Part shown: one piece after another, positions 48,639-60,900 of the stretch
Layout of the letters: the number at the start of each line of letters is the position of its first letter
Numbering within the stretch: the stretch's first letter is position 1
Assembly: GCA_040772485.1 (NCBI GenBank)
Contig: JAXGYC010000008.1
Coordinates: 1 to 64,000 of the forward strand
Source of the DNA: Sedimentisphaerales bacterium
GTDB taxonomy: Bacteria; Planctomycetota; Phycisphaerae; Sedimentisphaerales; Anaerobacaceae
Direction of reading: 5' to 3'
DNA length: 64,000 nucleotides
The notes under the pieces: generated by a model
What the model was told of the DNA's origin: nothing
Seen by the model: the letters and a program-made list of their open reading frames with translations, nothing else
Database searches by the model: none
Made by a program: the position numbers and the translations under genes

Positions 48639-50999
48639 ATGCCTACGCGAGACGTTGCCCCGCTACGTTGGCTCCTTATCATTCTGTTCGCAGCCGGTTG
48701 TGCCGGCCTCTGGGCGACCAGGGCGACCGCCCAGGCGACGCACCGCTTTGCCATCGGCGATGAGGCCTTCCTGCTGGATGGCCGGCCCCTGCAAATCCGG
48801 TGCGGGGAGATCCATTTCGCTCGCGTCCCGCGGGAGTACTGGGTCCACCGTCTGCAACTGTGCAAGGCGATGGGTCTGAACACGGTGTGCGCGTACCTGT
48901 TCTGGAACTTCCACCAGTGGGACCCGGGCCGGTTCGACTGGTCGGGCCAGGCGGACGCGGGAGAGTTTTGCCGCCTGGCGCAGCAGGAGGGTCTCTGGGT
49001 GATCCTGCGGCCCGGCCCCTACGCCTGCGCCGAATGGGAGGGCGGCGGCCTGCCCTGGTGGCTGCTCAAGAAGGAGAACATCCGAATGCGCAGCCGCGAT
49101 CCGGACTTCCTGGCGGCCGGCCGCAACTGGCTCAAAGAAGTGGGCCGGGTGCTGGGCCCGATGCAAATCACGCGGGGCGGTCCCATCCTCATGGTTCAGG
49201 TCGAGAACGAGTACGGCTTCTACGGGGACGATGTCCAGTACATGGGCGAGATGCGTCAGGCCCTGCTCGACGCCGGATTCGATGTCCCCCTGTTCGCGTG
49301 CAATCCGCCGTACGCCCTTCGCAAGGGCCTGCGGGACGATCTGTTCAACGTGGTCAACTTCGGCAAGGACCCTGCCGATGGGTTCAAGGCCCTGCGCGAA
49401 ATCCAGCCCAAGGGTCCCTTGATGTGTGGAGAGTTTTATCCGGGCTGGTTCGACACCTGGGGTTTCCCGCACCACCTGGGCAACACGCCGCAATACCTGG
49501 CGGACCTCGAATACATGCTCAAGAACAACGCGTCGTTCAGCATCTACATGGCGCACGGGGGCACCACCTTCGGCCTGTGGTCCGGAGCGGACCGGCCGTT
49601 CAAGCCCGACACGTCCAGCTACGACTACGATGCGCCGATCAGCGAGGCCGGCTGGATCGGTGAGAAGTTCGGGCTCACGCGCGATCTGATGGCCGGGTAT
49701 CTGCTGCCGGGCGAGACGATCCCCGAGCCGCCGGCGGCCAATCCCGTGACGGCGATCGCCCGCTTCGAGCTGACCGAGTCGGCCGCGATCTTCGACAACC
49801 TGCCCGTGCCCATCGAGGACAGGGCGCCTCGCAACATGGAGGCGTACGACCAGGGCCGAGGCTGCATTCTGTACCGCGCGACACTGCCCGCCGGACCTGC
49901 CGGCGAACTGTCTGCGAAGGAAGCGCGTGACTTCGCCTGGGTCTTCCTGGACGGCAAGCTTCTCGGAACCATGGACCGGCGCTCTCAGCAGTACCGCGTG
50001 CAGGTCCCACAACGCCAAGCCGCGGCCCGCCTGGACATCCTGATCGAGGCGATGGGTCACGTCAACTTCGGGCCCGAGGTGCACGACCGCAAGGGCCTGC
50101 ACGGGCCGGTAACGCTCAAGACCGCCGCCGGCGACAGGCTGGAGCCGAGGGCGTGGCAGGTGTACCGGTTGCCCCTGGATGAGCCGATGCTCGCGAGCCT
50201 GCAATGGAAACGCAGCAAGGCCGGCGGACCGGCGTTCTGGCGCGGCGGATTCGATGCCACCGAGCCGGCGGACACGTTCCTCGACGTGAGCACGTGGGGC
50301 AAAGGCGTGCTGTGGGTCAACGGCCGGTGCATGGGGCGGTTCTGGAATATCGGACCGACGCAGACCATGTACGTGCCGGGTCCGTGGCTCAAGCGAGGCC
50401 GCAACGAGGTGATCGTGCTGGACCTGCTCGGGCCGCAAGAGCCGGCCCTGGCGGGACTGGAGAAGCCGATCCTGGATCAGGTCCGGCCGCAGTTCGATTC
50501 CAGCAGGAAGGTGCAGCAGGCTGTCCTGGCCATTGAGGGCGTACGGCCGGTGCACAGCGGCGCCTTCGCGCCCGGACCGGCCGCCAAGGAAGTGCGATTC
50601 GCCAGGCCCGTCGAAGGCCGCCAGTTCTGCCTGGAGACCCTCAGCGCCGTGGACGGCAAGCCCTTCGCCGCCATCGCCGAGCTTGACCTGTTGGGAACCG
50701 ACGGCCGGCCCATCGCGCACACCCTCTGGACCGTCGCCTATGTCGACAGCGAGGAACGGATCCAGGAGGACGGCTCTGCGCTCAACGCGATCAACGGGCA
50801 GACCGCGGATTTCTGGCACACTGAGTGGAGCCAGACGCAGCCCGGCCATCCGCACCGGCTGGTGATAGACCTGGGCAAAACCGAGGCGATCGGCGGATTC
50901 CGCTACGTGCCTCGGGCAGGCGATCCGTCGGTTGGCGGCAGGATCAAGGACTACCGCCTGTATGTAGGCGCGTCGCTCGCCAGGCCCATCGCGCAGTAG
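48639..50999 (+). CDS. Beta-galactosidase (GH35) with C-terminal discoidin-like domains
   Basis: GEIHFAR, LRPGPYACAEW, VQVENEYG, EFYPGWFD, YMAHGGT.FG, SYDYDAPI. Confidence 0.93.
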   Translation: MPTRDVAPLRWLLIILFAAGCAGLWATRATAQATHRFAIGDEAFLLDGRPLQIRCGEIHFARVPREYWVHRLQLCKAMGLNTVCAYLFWNFHQWDPGRFDWSGQADAGEFCRLAQQEGLWVILRPGPYACAEWEGGGLPWWLLKKENIRMRSRDPDFLAAGRNWLKEVGRVLGPMQITRGGPILMVQVENEYGFYGDDVQYMGEMRQALLDAGFDVPLFACNPPYALRKGLRDDLFNVVNFGKDPADGFKALREIQPKGPLMCGEFYPGWFDTWGFPHHLGNTPQYLADLEYMLKNNASFSIYMAHGGTTFGLWSGADRPFKPDTSSYDYDAPISEAGWIGEKFGLTRDLMAGYLLPGETIPEPPAANPVTAIARFELTESAAIFDNLPVPIEDRAPRNMEAYDQGRGCILYRATLPAGPAGELSAKEARDFAWVFLDGKLLGTMDRRSQQYRVQVPQRQAAARLDILIEAMGHVNFGPEVHDRKGLHGPVTLKTAAGDRLEPRAWQVYRLPLDEPMLASLQWKRSKAGGPAFWRGGFDATEPADTFLDVSTWGKGVLWVNGRCMGRFWNIGPTQTMYVPGPWLKRGRNEVIVLDLLGPQEPALAGLEKPILDQVRPQFDSSRKVQQAVLAIEGVRPVHSGAFAPGPAAKEVRFARPVEGRQFCLETLSAVDGKPFAAIAELDLLGTDGRPIAHTLWTVAYVDSEERIQEDGSALNAINGQTADFWHTEWSQTQPGHPHRLVIDLGKTEAIGGFRYVPRAGDPSVGGRIKDYRLYVGASLARPIAQ

Positions 51000-51429
51000 G
51001 CAAGCGCGACGAGGGCGTGCATCAAGTCTTCCTTATCGGCCGGCATTGGCCCGAGGCGCCGCGGATGGGGCCTCCGCGACTGGCCTTTTGCCCTATTCTG
51101 GACGCTCTTTCGAGGCGGACCAGAAGGTGAGATGACGACACAACCGCCTCAGAATGAAGATGTTACGAGAACAGCTCTGGGCACACTCGAAGCGCCGAGA
51201 CACGGAACGCCATCGGATCGGAGCAACCGGAAACAGCCGGAGGAGTTTATAAAAGCGGACAAGCCAGAGTTCCAATATGGGCGAGTTTGCATTACAATGT
51301 GGCCTGGACTGGGAATTCAGTCCCGGCGCGCCGGGATGCGAAAATTCTCGCGAAAACCGATATTTCCGTTGAGCCGGAAGGTATACTTCCAACATTGTTG
51401 ACCTGATGCGGTCAGAAAGGAAGGGAATC

Positions 51430-52620
51430 ATGCAAACACGGTTAGCAGCGATTCTGGGGGGTCTGATTCTGGCGTGCGTCGTCCCTCTGTCGGGGTGCAA
51501 GAAGTCGCCGGAAGCGCCGGCTCCGCAGCAGGCGGCTCCCGCGGCGGCGCCGATCAAGGTGGGGGCCATCTTCGCCGTCACCGGCCCGGCCTCGTTCCTC
51601 GGCGCGCCCGAAGCCAAGACCGTCCAGATGTTCGTGGAGAAACTGAACCAGTCCGGCGGCGTGCTGGGCCGCAAGGTCGAGCTGCTCATACGCGATTCCG
51701 GCGCCAGCCCGGAGAAGGCCATCTCGCTGGCCAAGCAGCTCATCGACGAGGAGAAGGTCCTGGCCATCCTCGGCCCGTCGACCAGCGGAGAGAGCATCCA
51801 GATCAAGAGCATCTGTCAGGAAGGCCAGACGATCCTGCTGTCCTGCGCCGCTGCCGAGGAGATCGTCGTTCCGCTGGCCAGCTACGTCTTCAAGACTCCG
51901 CAGAAGGACAGCCAGGCCGCCCAGTGGATCTTCAACACGATGAAGGATATGGGAATCACCAAGATCGGTGTGATCACCAGCAACACCGGCTTCGGCAAAG
52001 GGGGAAAGACCCATCTGGAAAAGATGGCCCCGGAGAATGGAGTCCAGATCATTGTCAACGAGGTCTATGAGAAAGAGTCCACGGACCTGACGGGCGTTTT
52101 GACCAAGGTCAAAGGCGCCGGCGTCCAGGCGGTGGTCAACTGGTCCATCGAGCCGGCCCAGGGCATCGTCGCCAAGAACATGAAGCAGATCGAGCTGAAC
52201 GTGCCCCTGTTCCAGAGCCACGGCTACGGCAACATCCGGTACGTCCAGGGCAGCGGAGAGGCCGCCAACGGCACGATCTTCCCCTGCGGGCGATTGCTCG
52301 TGGCGGACAGCCTGCCCGCAAACCATCCCCAGAAGGCCCTGCTGACCGAATACAAGAGTGACTATGAGTCCAGGTACAACGAGGACGCCAGCACTTTCGG
52401 AGGCCATGCCTACGACGCCATCCTGATTCTCACCGAGGCGATCAAGAAGGCGGGCTCGGCGGACCCGAAGGCCGTCCGCGACGCGATCGAGAACCTCCAG
52501 GGCGTGGTCGGCACCGCCGGGGTCTTCAACTTCTCGGCGCAGGACCACAACGGCCTGGGCCTGGACGCCTTCGAGATGCTAACCGTCAAGGACCAGAAAT
52601 TCGCCATCTACCAGAAGTAG
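51430..52620 (+). CDS. Branched-chain-type ABC transporter substrate-binding lipoprotein
   Basis: LSGC lipobox; IKVGAI..VTGPA..LG, GGVLGRKVEL, G.AYDA. Confidence 0.9.
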   Translation: MQTRLAAILGGLILACVVPLSGCKKSPEAPAPQQAAPAAAPIKVGAIFAVTGPASFLGAPEAKTVQMFVEKLNQSGGVLGRKVELLIRDSGASPEKAISLAKQLIDEEKVLAILGPSTSGESIQIKSICQEGQTILLSCAAAEEIVVPLASYVFKTPQKDSQAAQWIFNTMKDMGITKIGVITSNTGFGKGGKTHLEKMAPENGVQIIVNEVYEKESTDLTGVLTKVKGAGVQAVVNWSIEPAQGIVAKNMKQIELNVPLFQSHGYGNIRYVQGSGEAANGTIFPCGRLLVADSLPANHPQKALLTEYKSDYESRYNEDASTFGGHAYDAILILTEAIKKAGSADPKAVRDAIENLQGVVGTAGVFNFSAQDHNGLGLDAFEMLTVKDQKFAIYQK

Positions 52621-52638
52621 CCGGGACGAAACAGATCT

Positions 52639-53529
52639 ATGGATTTCGCCCTATTCGTTCAGTACGCCCTCTCGGGCATCACCGTCGGCAGCGTGTACGC
52701 CATCGTCGCGATTGGCTTCAACATCATCTACTGCACGACGGGGATCATCAATTTCGCCCAAGGCGAGTTCCTCATCGTCGGCGCGATGACGGCCATCAGT
52801 CTGGCCGAGGTCGCGCCGCTGCCGGTGGCGATTCTCGGGGCGGTCCTGATCACGACGGCCCTGGGGGCCGTGGTCGAGCTGGTCTTCATCCGGCAGGTCC
52901 GCAACGCCTCGGTGCTGCGGCTGATCATCATCACCATGGGCCTGTCGATCGTGATGCGGGAGGTCATGCTGCACATCTGGGATGAGCAGGTGCGGTCGCT
53001 GCCCTACTTCACGGGCACGGAGGTCTCGACCGTCACTATCCTCGGCGCGCACATCTCGCCGCAGGTCCTTTGGGTGCTCGGCGTCAGCGCCGTCATCGTG
53101 GCGGCGCTGACGCTCTTCTTTCAATACACCACCACGGGCAGGGCCATGCGTGCCTGCGCCGACGACCGGATGGCCGCATGCCTCTGCGGCGTCAACGACC
53201 GCTGGATGGTCACCCTCTCGTTCATGCTCAGCGCCGGCATCGGCGCACTGGCCGGCTGCGTCGTCTCGCCGATCACGCAGACCCAGTACGACATGGGCGC
53301 TCCGCTGGCGATCAAGGGCTTCACCGTCGCGATCCTGGGCGGCATGGGCAACAGCATGGCGGCGGTGGCGGCGGGCCTGTTCCTCGGCCTGCTGGAGGCG
53401 TTCGTGGTCAGCGTGCTGCCCTCCTCGTACAAAGAGGTCGCGGCCATCGTGGTGCTGCTGTTGATCCTCGTTTTCCGGCCGAGCGGCCTGTTTGCCCGCC
53501 GGGACGTGAGTGCTCTGAGGGCGGCATGA
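52639..53529 (+). CDS. livH: Branched-chain-type ABC permease (LivH-like)
   Basis: GITVGSVYAIVAIGF..IY...INFAQGEF; GRAMRA; ILGGMG. Confidence 0.88.
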   Translation: MDFALFVQYALSGITVGSVYAIVAIGFNIIYCTTGIINFAQGEFLIVGAMTAISLAEVAPLPVAILGAVLITTALGAVVELVFIRQVRNASVLRLIIITMGLSIVMREVMLHIWDEQVRSLPYFTGTEVSTVTILGAHISPQVLWVLGVSAVIVAALTLFFQYTTTGRAMRACADDRMAACLCGVNDRWMVTLSFMLSAGIGALAGCVVSPITQTQYDMGAPLAIKGFTVAILGGMGNSMAAVAAGLFLGLLEAFVVSVLPSSYKEVAAIVVLLLILVFRPSGLFARRDVSALRAA

Positions 53530-54596
53530 TGCGGCTGCGAATCTACTACCCCGTCCTTGCCGCTGCGGCCCTGGTGGTCGTGCTGCACGTCGCGCTGGCA
53601 GCATCCGGCAAGACCTACTACATGACGCAGATCACCATGTCGGCCTACTACGCCCTCGTCGTGATCGGGCTGTGCCTGCTCATGGGCTACGCCGGACAAA
53701 TCTCGCTGGGCCACGCGGGTTTCTTCGCCATCGGCGGCTACACCATCGCCGTCCTGACCACGTACGACCTCGGCAACTGGCGTGAAACTCCGGCGATCGG
53801 ACTGCTGCGCTCGCTCGGGCTTCTGATGCAATGGCAGGACATGTACGGTCGCGACATCCTTTCGTTTTCGCCGTGGCTGGCCTTTGCCGCCGCCATGCTG
53901 TTGGCCGCCCTGATCGCCCTGGCGATCGGCCTGCCCGTGATCCGGCTCAAAGGCCACTACCTCGCCATGGCCACACTCGGTTTTGGCCTGATCATCTATC
54001 GCATCGTCCTGGGCGCCCGGCTCCTCGGCCAGGCCGACGGCATTTCCAACGTGCCGGCCTTCGGCCTTGTCGGCGGCCTCCAGGTCAACGGCCGGTCCGC
54101 CTTCCGAGTGCAAAACTACTATATCGCATGGTTCGCCGTCCTGGCGGCCATGGTGCTGTCGCTGAACCTAATCCACTCGCGCGTCGGCCGGGCGCTGCGC
54201 TCGATCCACCAGAGCGAAGAAGCCGCCCACTCGCTGGGCATCGACACGTATCGCTACAAGCTGGCCACGTTCATCCTGAGCGCCCTGTTCGCGGCGGTCG
54301 GCGGCGCCCTGCTGACCCATTACAACGGAAGCATCGGCCCGTCCGAAGCCACCGTCATGAAGTCCGTGCGATACGTCGCCATCGTCGCGGTCGGCGGCAT
54401 GGCCAATCTCTGGGGCGCGATGCTCATGGGGATCCTGCTGAATTTCCTGTCGCTGCGCGGCGTCTTCGGCTCCTTCGACGACGCCGTGTTCGGCGCCATT
54501 CTCATCGGCGTCATGATCCTCGCCCCTCAGGGCCTGCTGCAAGTGCCCAGGTGGCGGACGGTGACCGCCCTGCTGCCGAGGAGGTCCCATGGGTGA
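53526..54596 (+). CDS. livM: Branched-chain-type ABC permease (LivM-like)
   Basis: GYAGQISLGHAGFFAIGGY; RLKGHYLAMATLGFG; S..GRAL..I...E.AA.SLGI. Confidence 0.88.
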   Translation: MMRLRIYYPVLAAAALVVVLHVALAASGKTYYMTQITMSAYYALVVIGLCLLMGYAGQISLGHAGFFAIGGYTIAVLTTYDLGNWRETPAIGLLRSLGLLMQWQDMYGRDILSFSPWLAFAAAMLLAALIALAIGLPVIRLKGHYLAMATLGFGLIIYRIVLGARLLGQADGISNVPAFGLVGGLQVNGRSAFRVQNYYIAWFAVLAAMVLSLNLIHSRVGRALRSIHQSEEAAHSLGIDTYRYKLATFILSALFAAVGGALLTHYNGSIGPSEATVMKSVRYVAIVAVGGMANLWGAMLMGILLNFLSLRGVFGSFDDAVFGAILIGVMILAPQGLLQVPRWRTVTALLPRRSHG

Positions 54597-54742
54597 AGAA
54601 AACTCGAAATCCGAAGCACGAAGTCCGGAATTCGAGGTAAGGGCGAGGCATGCCTCGCCCCTACGTGCGCCCTTCGGACGGTTTGTTTCGGATTTCGTGT
54701 TTCGCATTTCGTATTTCTCGTCCGACCGTTCGAGGAGGGTCT

Positions 54743-54750
<8 letters not shown>
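54577..54750 (+). repeat. Junction insertion: inverted heptamer arrays around a GTAG REP, flanked by a duplicated RBS/start
   Basis: cgaggaggtcccATGggTGA vs cgaggagggtctATGagTGA; cgaaatc/cgaagca units facing ttcggat/ttcgtgt units; gggcgaggcatgcctcgcccctac in the centre. Confidence 0.75.
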
Positions 54751-55494
<744 letters not shown>

Positions 55495-55513
<19 letters not shown>

Positions 55514-55650
55514 GATCCTCCGTGGCGAGGGCATCTTGCCCTTGCTCTTCACAACCCGGCGGACCGAAGAAGACGCAAGGGCGGGACGCCCTCGCCACGG
55601 GGCAACGCGTGATTCCGGGGGCATAGGGGGGAGTCATGCTTAGAATCCTC
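55495..55650 (+). repeat. Junction insertion: REP-like inverted repeat flanked by a duplicated livG/livF overlap
   Basis: gggggacgaccATGCTTAAgatcctc vs ggggggagtcATGCTTAGaatcctc; cgtggcgagggc...gccctcgccacg (55521-55599). Confidence 0.75.
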
Positions 55651-56370
55651 AACTTGGAGGCCGGCTACGGCCCGCTGCGGGTCCTCAAGGGGATCAGCCT
55701 GCACGTCTCGCCGGGCGAGGCGGTGGCGGTGATCGGCGCCAACGGAGCGGGCAAGACCACGCTGCTCAAGACTATCGCGGGCGTCCTGAAGGCCCGCTCG
55801 GGCGAGATCGCGTTCGACAAACAGAACATTCGCGGCCGGCCGGCGGAGAAGATCGTCGCCCTCGGATGCAGTCTCGTCCCCGAGGGCCGGCACGTGTTCG
55901 GCACCATGACCGTTCGGGAGAACCTTCTGCTCGGCGCGTTCTGCCGGCGGCACGTGGACAACAGCGCCGGTGTCGACGAGAGCCTGGAGCAGGTCTACGA
56001 TCTCTTCGGCATCCTCAAGGAACGTTCGAACCAGTTGGCCGGGACGCTCTCCGGCGGCCAGCAGCAGATGCTCGCCATCGGCCGGGCCCTGATGAGCCGG
56101 CCCAGACTGCTGATGATGGACGAGCCCTCGCTTGGCGTCGCCCCGCTGCTCGTCCAGAGCATTTACGAGAAGATCCTCACCCTCAAGCGCAACGGCCTGA
56201 CCATCCTGCTGGTGGAACAGAATGCACGGGCTGCTCTGGCGGTCGCCGACCGGGGCTACGTAATCGAGACCGGCCAGATCGTCCTGCAGGGACCGTCCCG
56301 GCAGTTGAGCGACAATCCCGAGGTGCAGCGGGCCTATCTCGGAAAAGAGTATCGACGCATCGACGAATGA
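55636..56370 (+). CDS. livF: ABC ATPase (LivF-like)
   Basis: GANGAGKTT, VPEGR, LSGGQQQMLAIGRALM, DEPSLG, VEQN. Confidence 0.9.
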   Translation: MLRILNLEAGYGPLRVLKGISLHVSPGEAVAVIGANGAGKTTLLKTIAGVLKARSGEIAFDKQNIRGRPAEKIVALGCSLVPEGRHVFGTMTVRENLLLGAFCRRHVDNSAGVDESLEQVYDLFGILKERSNQLAGTLSGGQQQMLAIGRALMSRPRLLMMDEPSLGVAPLLVQSIYEKILTLKRNGLTILLVEQNARAALAVADRGYVIETGQIVLQGPSRQLSDNPEVQRAYLGKEYRRIDE

Positions 56371-56377
56371 CCTAAGG

Positions 56378-56518
56378 CACGGGAAGTCCGAAATCCAAAG
56401 CACAAAACCCGAATATCGACGATGAAAGCAAAGATCAAATGGCAAAATGCAAAATGGAGGAAGTCATCCGCCGAAGGCGGATTCCGCCGTTTTGATGTTT
56501 GCTTCTTGCTCTTTGATG
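56378..56518. repeat. Heptamer arrays between livF and paaK
   Basis: cgaaatc/caaagca/caaaacc units, then caaatgg/caaaatg units facing tttgatg/tttgctt units around a tccgccgaaggcgga hairpin. Confidence 0.65.
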
Positions 56519-56548
56519 TCCGACGGAAAACTGACGACAGGTGGCAGC

Positions 56549-57862
56549 ATGGACCAGACAAGCATGTACAACGCCAAGTGTGAGACCCTCCCGCGCAACG
56601 AGCTGGAGCAGCTTCAGTTCGAGCGGCTGCAATCGACGCTCAATCGCGCGTATCGCAACGTCGCCTTCTACAAGGCCGCGTTCGATACGCACTGCGTCAA
56701 CCTCGAACGGATCAGGGACATCCAGGCGATGCAGGAGCTTCCTTTCACCACGAAGGAGGACCTCCAGAAGAGCTATCCGTATGACATGTTTGCGGTCCCA
56801 TTGAGGGACATCGTGCGGATCCACACCACCTCGGGCACCGCTACCCGGCCGATCGTCGTCGGATACACGCAGAATGACCTGCGCAACTGGAGGGAGTGTG
56901 CCGCCCGCCTGCTCACCGCCGCCGGCGTCACCCAGCACGACGTCGTCCAGATCGCGCTGCACTACAGCCTGTTCGCAGAAGGATTCGGCTTCCACCAGGG
57001 GGCCGAGCGGGTCGGCGCCTCGGTGATCCCGGCCTCTCTGGCGACCAGCGTGGCCAAGCAGATCGTCGTCATGCGGGATTTCAAGACGACCGTCCTGATC
57101 TCGACGCCCAGCCACGCCCTGAACATCGCGGTCAGCCTCGATGAGGAGCAGGTCCGTCTGGAACGGTTGTCTCTGCGGCTGGGCCTCTTCGGCGGCGAGC
57201 GATGGAGCGACTCGTCGCGCCGGCAATTAGAGGAGCGGCTGCGCATCACGTCGATCGATACGTACGGCCCGACGGAGGTCCTGGGTCCCGGCGTGGCCGG
57301 CGAGTGCCACCTGCGCCACGGCCTGCACATCAACGAGGACCAGTTCATCGTCGAGGTCATCAACCCCAAGACGCTCGCGCCGGTTACAGTCGGCGAGGAA
57401 GGCGAACTGGTTCTCACGACGATCCTGAAGGAAGGCTTCCCGCTGATCCGCTATCGCACGGGCGACATCACGCGCCTGATCGCCGAACCCTGCGCCTGCG
57501 GGCGGACCTTCCTGCGCATGGCGCCCGTCTCGGGACGGACCGACGACCTGATCCTGGTGCGCGGCGTCGGGTTCTTCCCCGCCCAGATCGAGGAGATCCT
57601 CAGCGGGTTCGAAGGCGTCAGCCCGTACTTCCAGATCATTCTCGATCAGGAAGGCGGTATTGACACCGTCCAGATTCGCGTGGAGATTTCCGGCGCCATC
57701 CAGTCGGTCGACAGGATCAGAGCGATCGAGACGCTGCGCGTCCAGATCGCCCAGCGCATCGCGACCGTCCTGGACGTGGAGGCGAAGGTGATCCTGGTCG
57801 AGCCCGGATCGTTGCGGCAACTCGCCGCCGGGGCCGAGCGGGTCGTGGATCGACGGCCGTAG
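56549..57862 (+). CDS. paaK: Phenylacetate-CoA ligase family protein
   Basis: LPFTTKEDL..YPY.MFAVP, IHTTSGT, GELV.TT..KE.FP.IRYRTGD, GRTDD. Confidence 0.88.
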   Translation: MDQTSMYNAKCETLPRNELEQLQFERLQSTLNRAYRNVAFYKAAFDTHCVNLERIRDIQAMQELPFTTKEDLQKSYPYDMFAVPLRDIVRIHTTSGTATRPIVVGYTQNDLRNWRECAARLLTAAGVTQHDVVQIALHYSLFAEGFGFHQGAERVGASVIPASLATSVAKQIVVMRDFKTTVLISTPSHALNIAVSLDEEQVRLERLSLRLGLFGGERWSDSSRRQLEERLRITSIDTYGPTEVLGPGVAGECHLRHGLHINEDQFIVEVINPKTLAPVTVGEEGELVLTTILKEGFPLIRYRTGDITRLIAEPCACGRTFLRMAPVSGRTDDLILVRGVGFFPAQIEEILSGFEGVSPYFQIILDQEGGIDTVQIRVEISGAIQSVDRIRAIETLRVQIAQRIATVLDVEAKVILVEPGSLRQLAAGAERVVDRRP

Positions 57863-57946
57863 GGGCGAGCCTCTATTTAGGTCCTTGAGGTCCCCTCGGT
57901 CCTTTTGGCCCACTACAAACAAGTCATTCATTGGCAGGAGCGAACG

Positions 57947-60900
57947 ATGAACGAAGTGCGGAGAGCGGTTCTCACATTGGCAACCATTGCGGGGCTTTCG
58001 GTCGTCACGGCTCCGGCATCGGTCTATGCAGGGGCGAATGATGATTCGACCCCACCGCCTGCCGGTGCGCTCGAACGAGGTTTCGCGGACCCGCCCGATT
58101 CGGCCAGACCGCGGACCTGGTGGCATTGGACCGGCGGCAACGTCACAAAGGAAGGGGTCACAAAGGACCTCGAATGGATGAAGCGCGTCGGCATCGGCGG
58201 GTGTCAACTGGCCGACGTCAGCTTCGGGTTCGGCCAGACCATCGACGAGAAGATCGAGTTCGGCAGCCCCAAGTGGCTGGACGCCGTCCGTCACGCCGCC
58301 ACCGAGGCCCAGCGATTGGGACTGGAGCTGGCAATCTTCAGCTCCGCCGGCTGGAGCGAGACGGGCGGGCCCTGGGTCAAGCCCGAGCAGGCAATGAAGA
58401 AGCTCGTCTGGAGCGAGACGACGGTGGAAGGGCCGTCCGCCACAGGCGGATTCGCCGGCAAGCTGCCGCAACCTCCGTCCAACAGCGGACCGTTTCAGAA
58501 TCAGGGCGCCGGCGGCCGTAGTCCGCAGCCGGACCCCACGTGGTACGGTGACAGTGCGGTCATCGCCTTCCGCACTCCGGCAGCGGAAGTTGACATGGTC
58601 GCCCTGAGCCCGAAGGTGACCACCAGCGCCGGTGACATCGACCCCGGACCGCTGTTCGACGATGACTGGAATTCGGCCGCGACGATTCGCCCGCCCGCCG
58701 AAGGTGCCGCCGCATGGCTTCAGATCGAGTTCACCCGGCCGTTCCGCGTCCGGGCCATCACAATAGCCGGACCCGCCGGCATTCCGGTCGGCCGGGTGCT
58801 GGCGGGCGACGACATCGTGCACCTGCGAACGCTCGTGACGTTGCCCGGAGCGCAGCTCTACCGCCAAGGCAGGATACGCACGTTTGCACTGCCCGAGACG
58901 ACCGCGAAGATCTACCGCATCGAGATGACCGCCGCGCCATTGGGACCCGGCCCGACGATGAGCCAGGAGCCGACACCACCGGCAAAGCAGTACTCACTCA
59001 CGGAGGTGCGGCTGCACAGCGGCGCCCGCGTGCACCGCTGGGAAGACAAGGCGGGCTTCAGCCACCTGTTCGAGTACGAGACGGTGCCAACGCCCGATGT
59101 GGCAGCGGACACGGTGATCCGGCAGACTGAGGTGATCAGTCTGACCTCCAGGATGGCGCCCGACGGCACGCTGAATTGGGATGTGCCGGCAGGCAAGTGG
59201 ACCATTCTGCGGCTGGGCTACTCGCTGACCGGCGCCAAGAACCGGCCGGCGCCGCCCTCGGGCTCGGGCTACGAGGCCGACAAGCTCAGCGCCAAACACA
59301 TGGAAGCCTACTATCACGGCTACTTCGATCCGATCGCCAAGGCGCTGGGGCCGCTGTTCGGCAAGAGCCTGCAATACGTGGTGATGGATAGTTGGGAGGC
59401 CGGGCGCCAGAACTGGACGGAGCAGATGATCGACGAGTTTCGCAAGCGTCGCGGCTACGACCCGACGCCGTATCTGGCGATTCTGACCGGGCGCGTCGTC
59501 GAGAGCGCCGAGGCCAGCGACCGCTTTTTGTGGGATTTCCGCCGGACGCTCGCCGATCTGTGGGCCGATTATCACTACGGTGTGATGTCTGATCTGTTGG
59601 GCAAGCACGGCATCGGCATTTACGGGGAGGCCGCGGGTGTCTCGCTCGAGATTCCCGAGGACACCCTGATGAACAAGAGCAAGGTCGCGATCCCGATGGG
59701 CGAGTTCTGGGTGGGCAAGATGCATCCGCCCCTGATGTACTACCAGGACGTTCGCGGGGCGGCTTCGGCGGCGCACGTCTATGGCAAGACGCTCGTCGCA
59801 ACCGAGTCCTATACGGGCGGCGGCTACGAAACGCCGTACGCGCTGAAGAAAGTCTCCGATTACTGGTTTGCCCAGGGCGTCAACCGGATCGTCTTCCACA
59901 CCTCGGCGCATCAGCCGCTCGACACCAGGCCCGGCAACGCGATGGTTGGCACGCATGTCCACCGCAATGTCACGTGGGCCGAGCAGGCGAGGCCTTTCAT
60001 GAATCATCTGGCTCGCCAGTCGTTCCTGTTGCAGCAGGGCCTGTTCGTGGCCGATCTGGCGTACCTGCTGGACGAAGGCGCGCCGTCGACGATGCCGATC
60101 TGGGGCGCGGGACTGATGCCGAAGCCGCCCGAGGGATATGACTTCGACTACATCAACGCCGATGCGCTGCTGAATCGAATGTCGGTCGACGCCGATGGCC
60201 GGCTGATGCTGCCCGACGGCATGAGCTATCGCGTGCTGGTGCTGCCTCAGACAGACAAGATGCGGCCGGAACTGCTCCACAGGATTCGCGATCTGGTTCT
60301 GGGCGGGGCAACCGTTGTGGGGCCCAGGCCCGCGCGCTCCCCGAGCCTGGCGGGCCGGCCGGAGTCGGACCGGGATGTGCCGGAGTTGGCGGCCGAAGTG
60401 TGGGGCGACCTTGACGGCGTCAGTCGGACCATCCGCTATGTCGGCAAGGGTAGGGTCGTCTGGGGCCTGCCGCTGGAGGATGTCCTGGCATCATTGAACA
60501 CTCCGAAGGATGCCGAGTTCCGCAAGGCGCTGGACGCCGATCTCGCATGGATCCATCGGCGAACCTCCGATGCGGACATCTATTACCTCGCGAATCTCAC
60601 GGATGCCGCCCAGGACGTCCAGGCGCGCTTCCGCGTCAGCGGCAAGGAGGCGGAGCTCTGGCATCCGGACACGGGGCAAATCGAACCAGCTTCGTACCGC
60701 ATCGTGGAAGATCGCACGATCGTTTCACTTGGCCTCTCGCCGCGAGAGAGTGCGTTCGTGGTCTTCCGCCGGGCCGCTTCTTCGCCAACCCGTACGCTGC
60801 CGCAGCGCGCCGCGACGACACTGGCGACCGTGGGCGGACCCTGGGATGTCACGTTCCCTGCGAACCTCGGCGCGCCCGAGAGAATTCAACTGGCCGACTT

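Noticed and set aside
51376..51400. Short palindromes (GGAAG-N5-CTTCC, CAACA-T-TGTTG) upstream of the ABC operon as an operator
   Set aside because: 5-bp arms are expected by chance and no regulator gene is adjacent.
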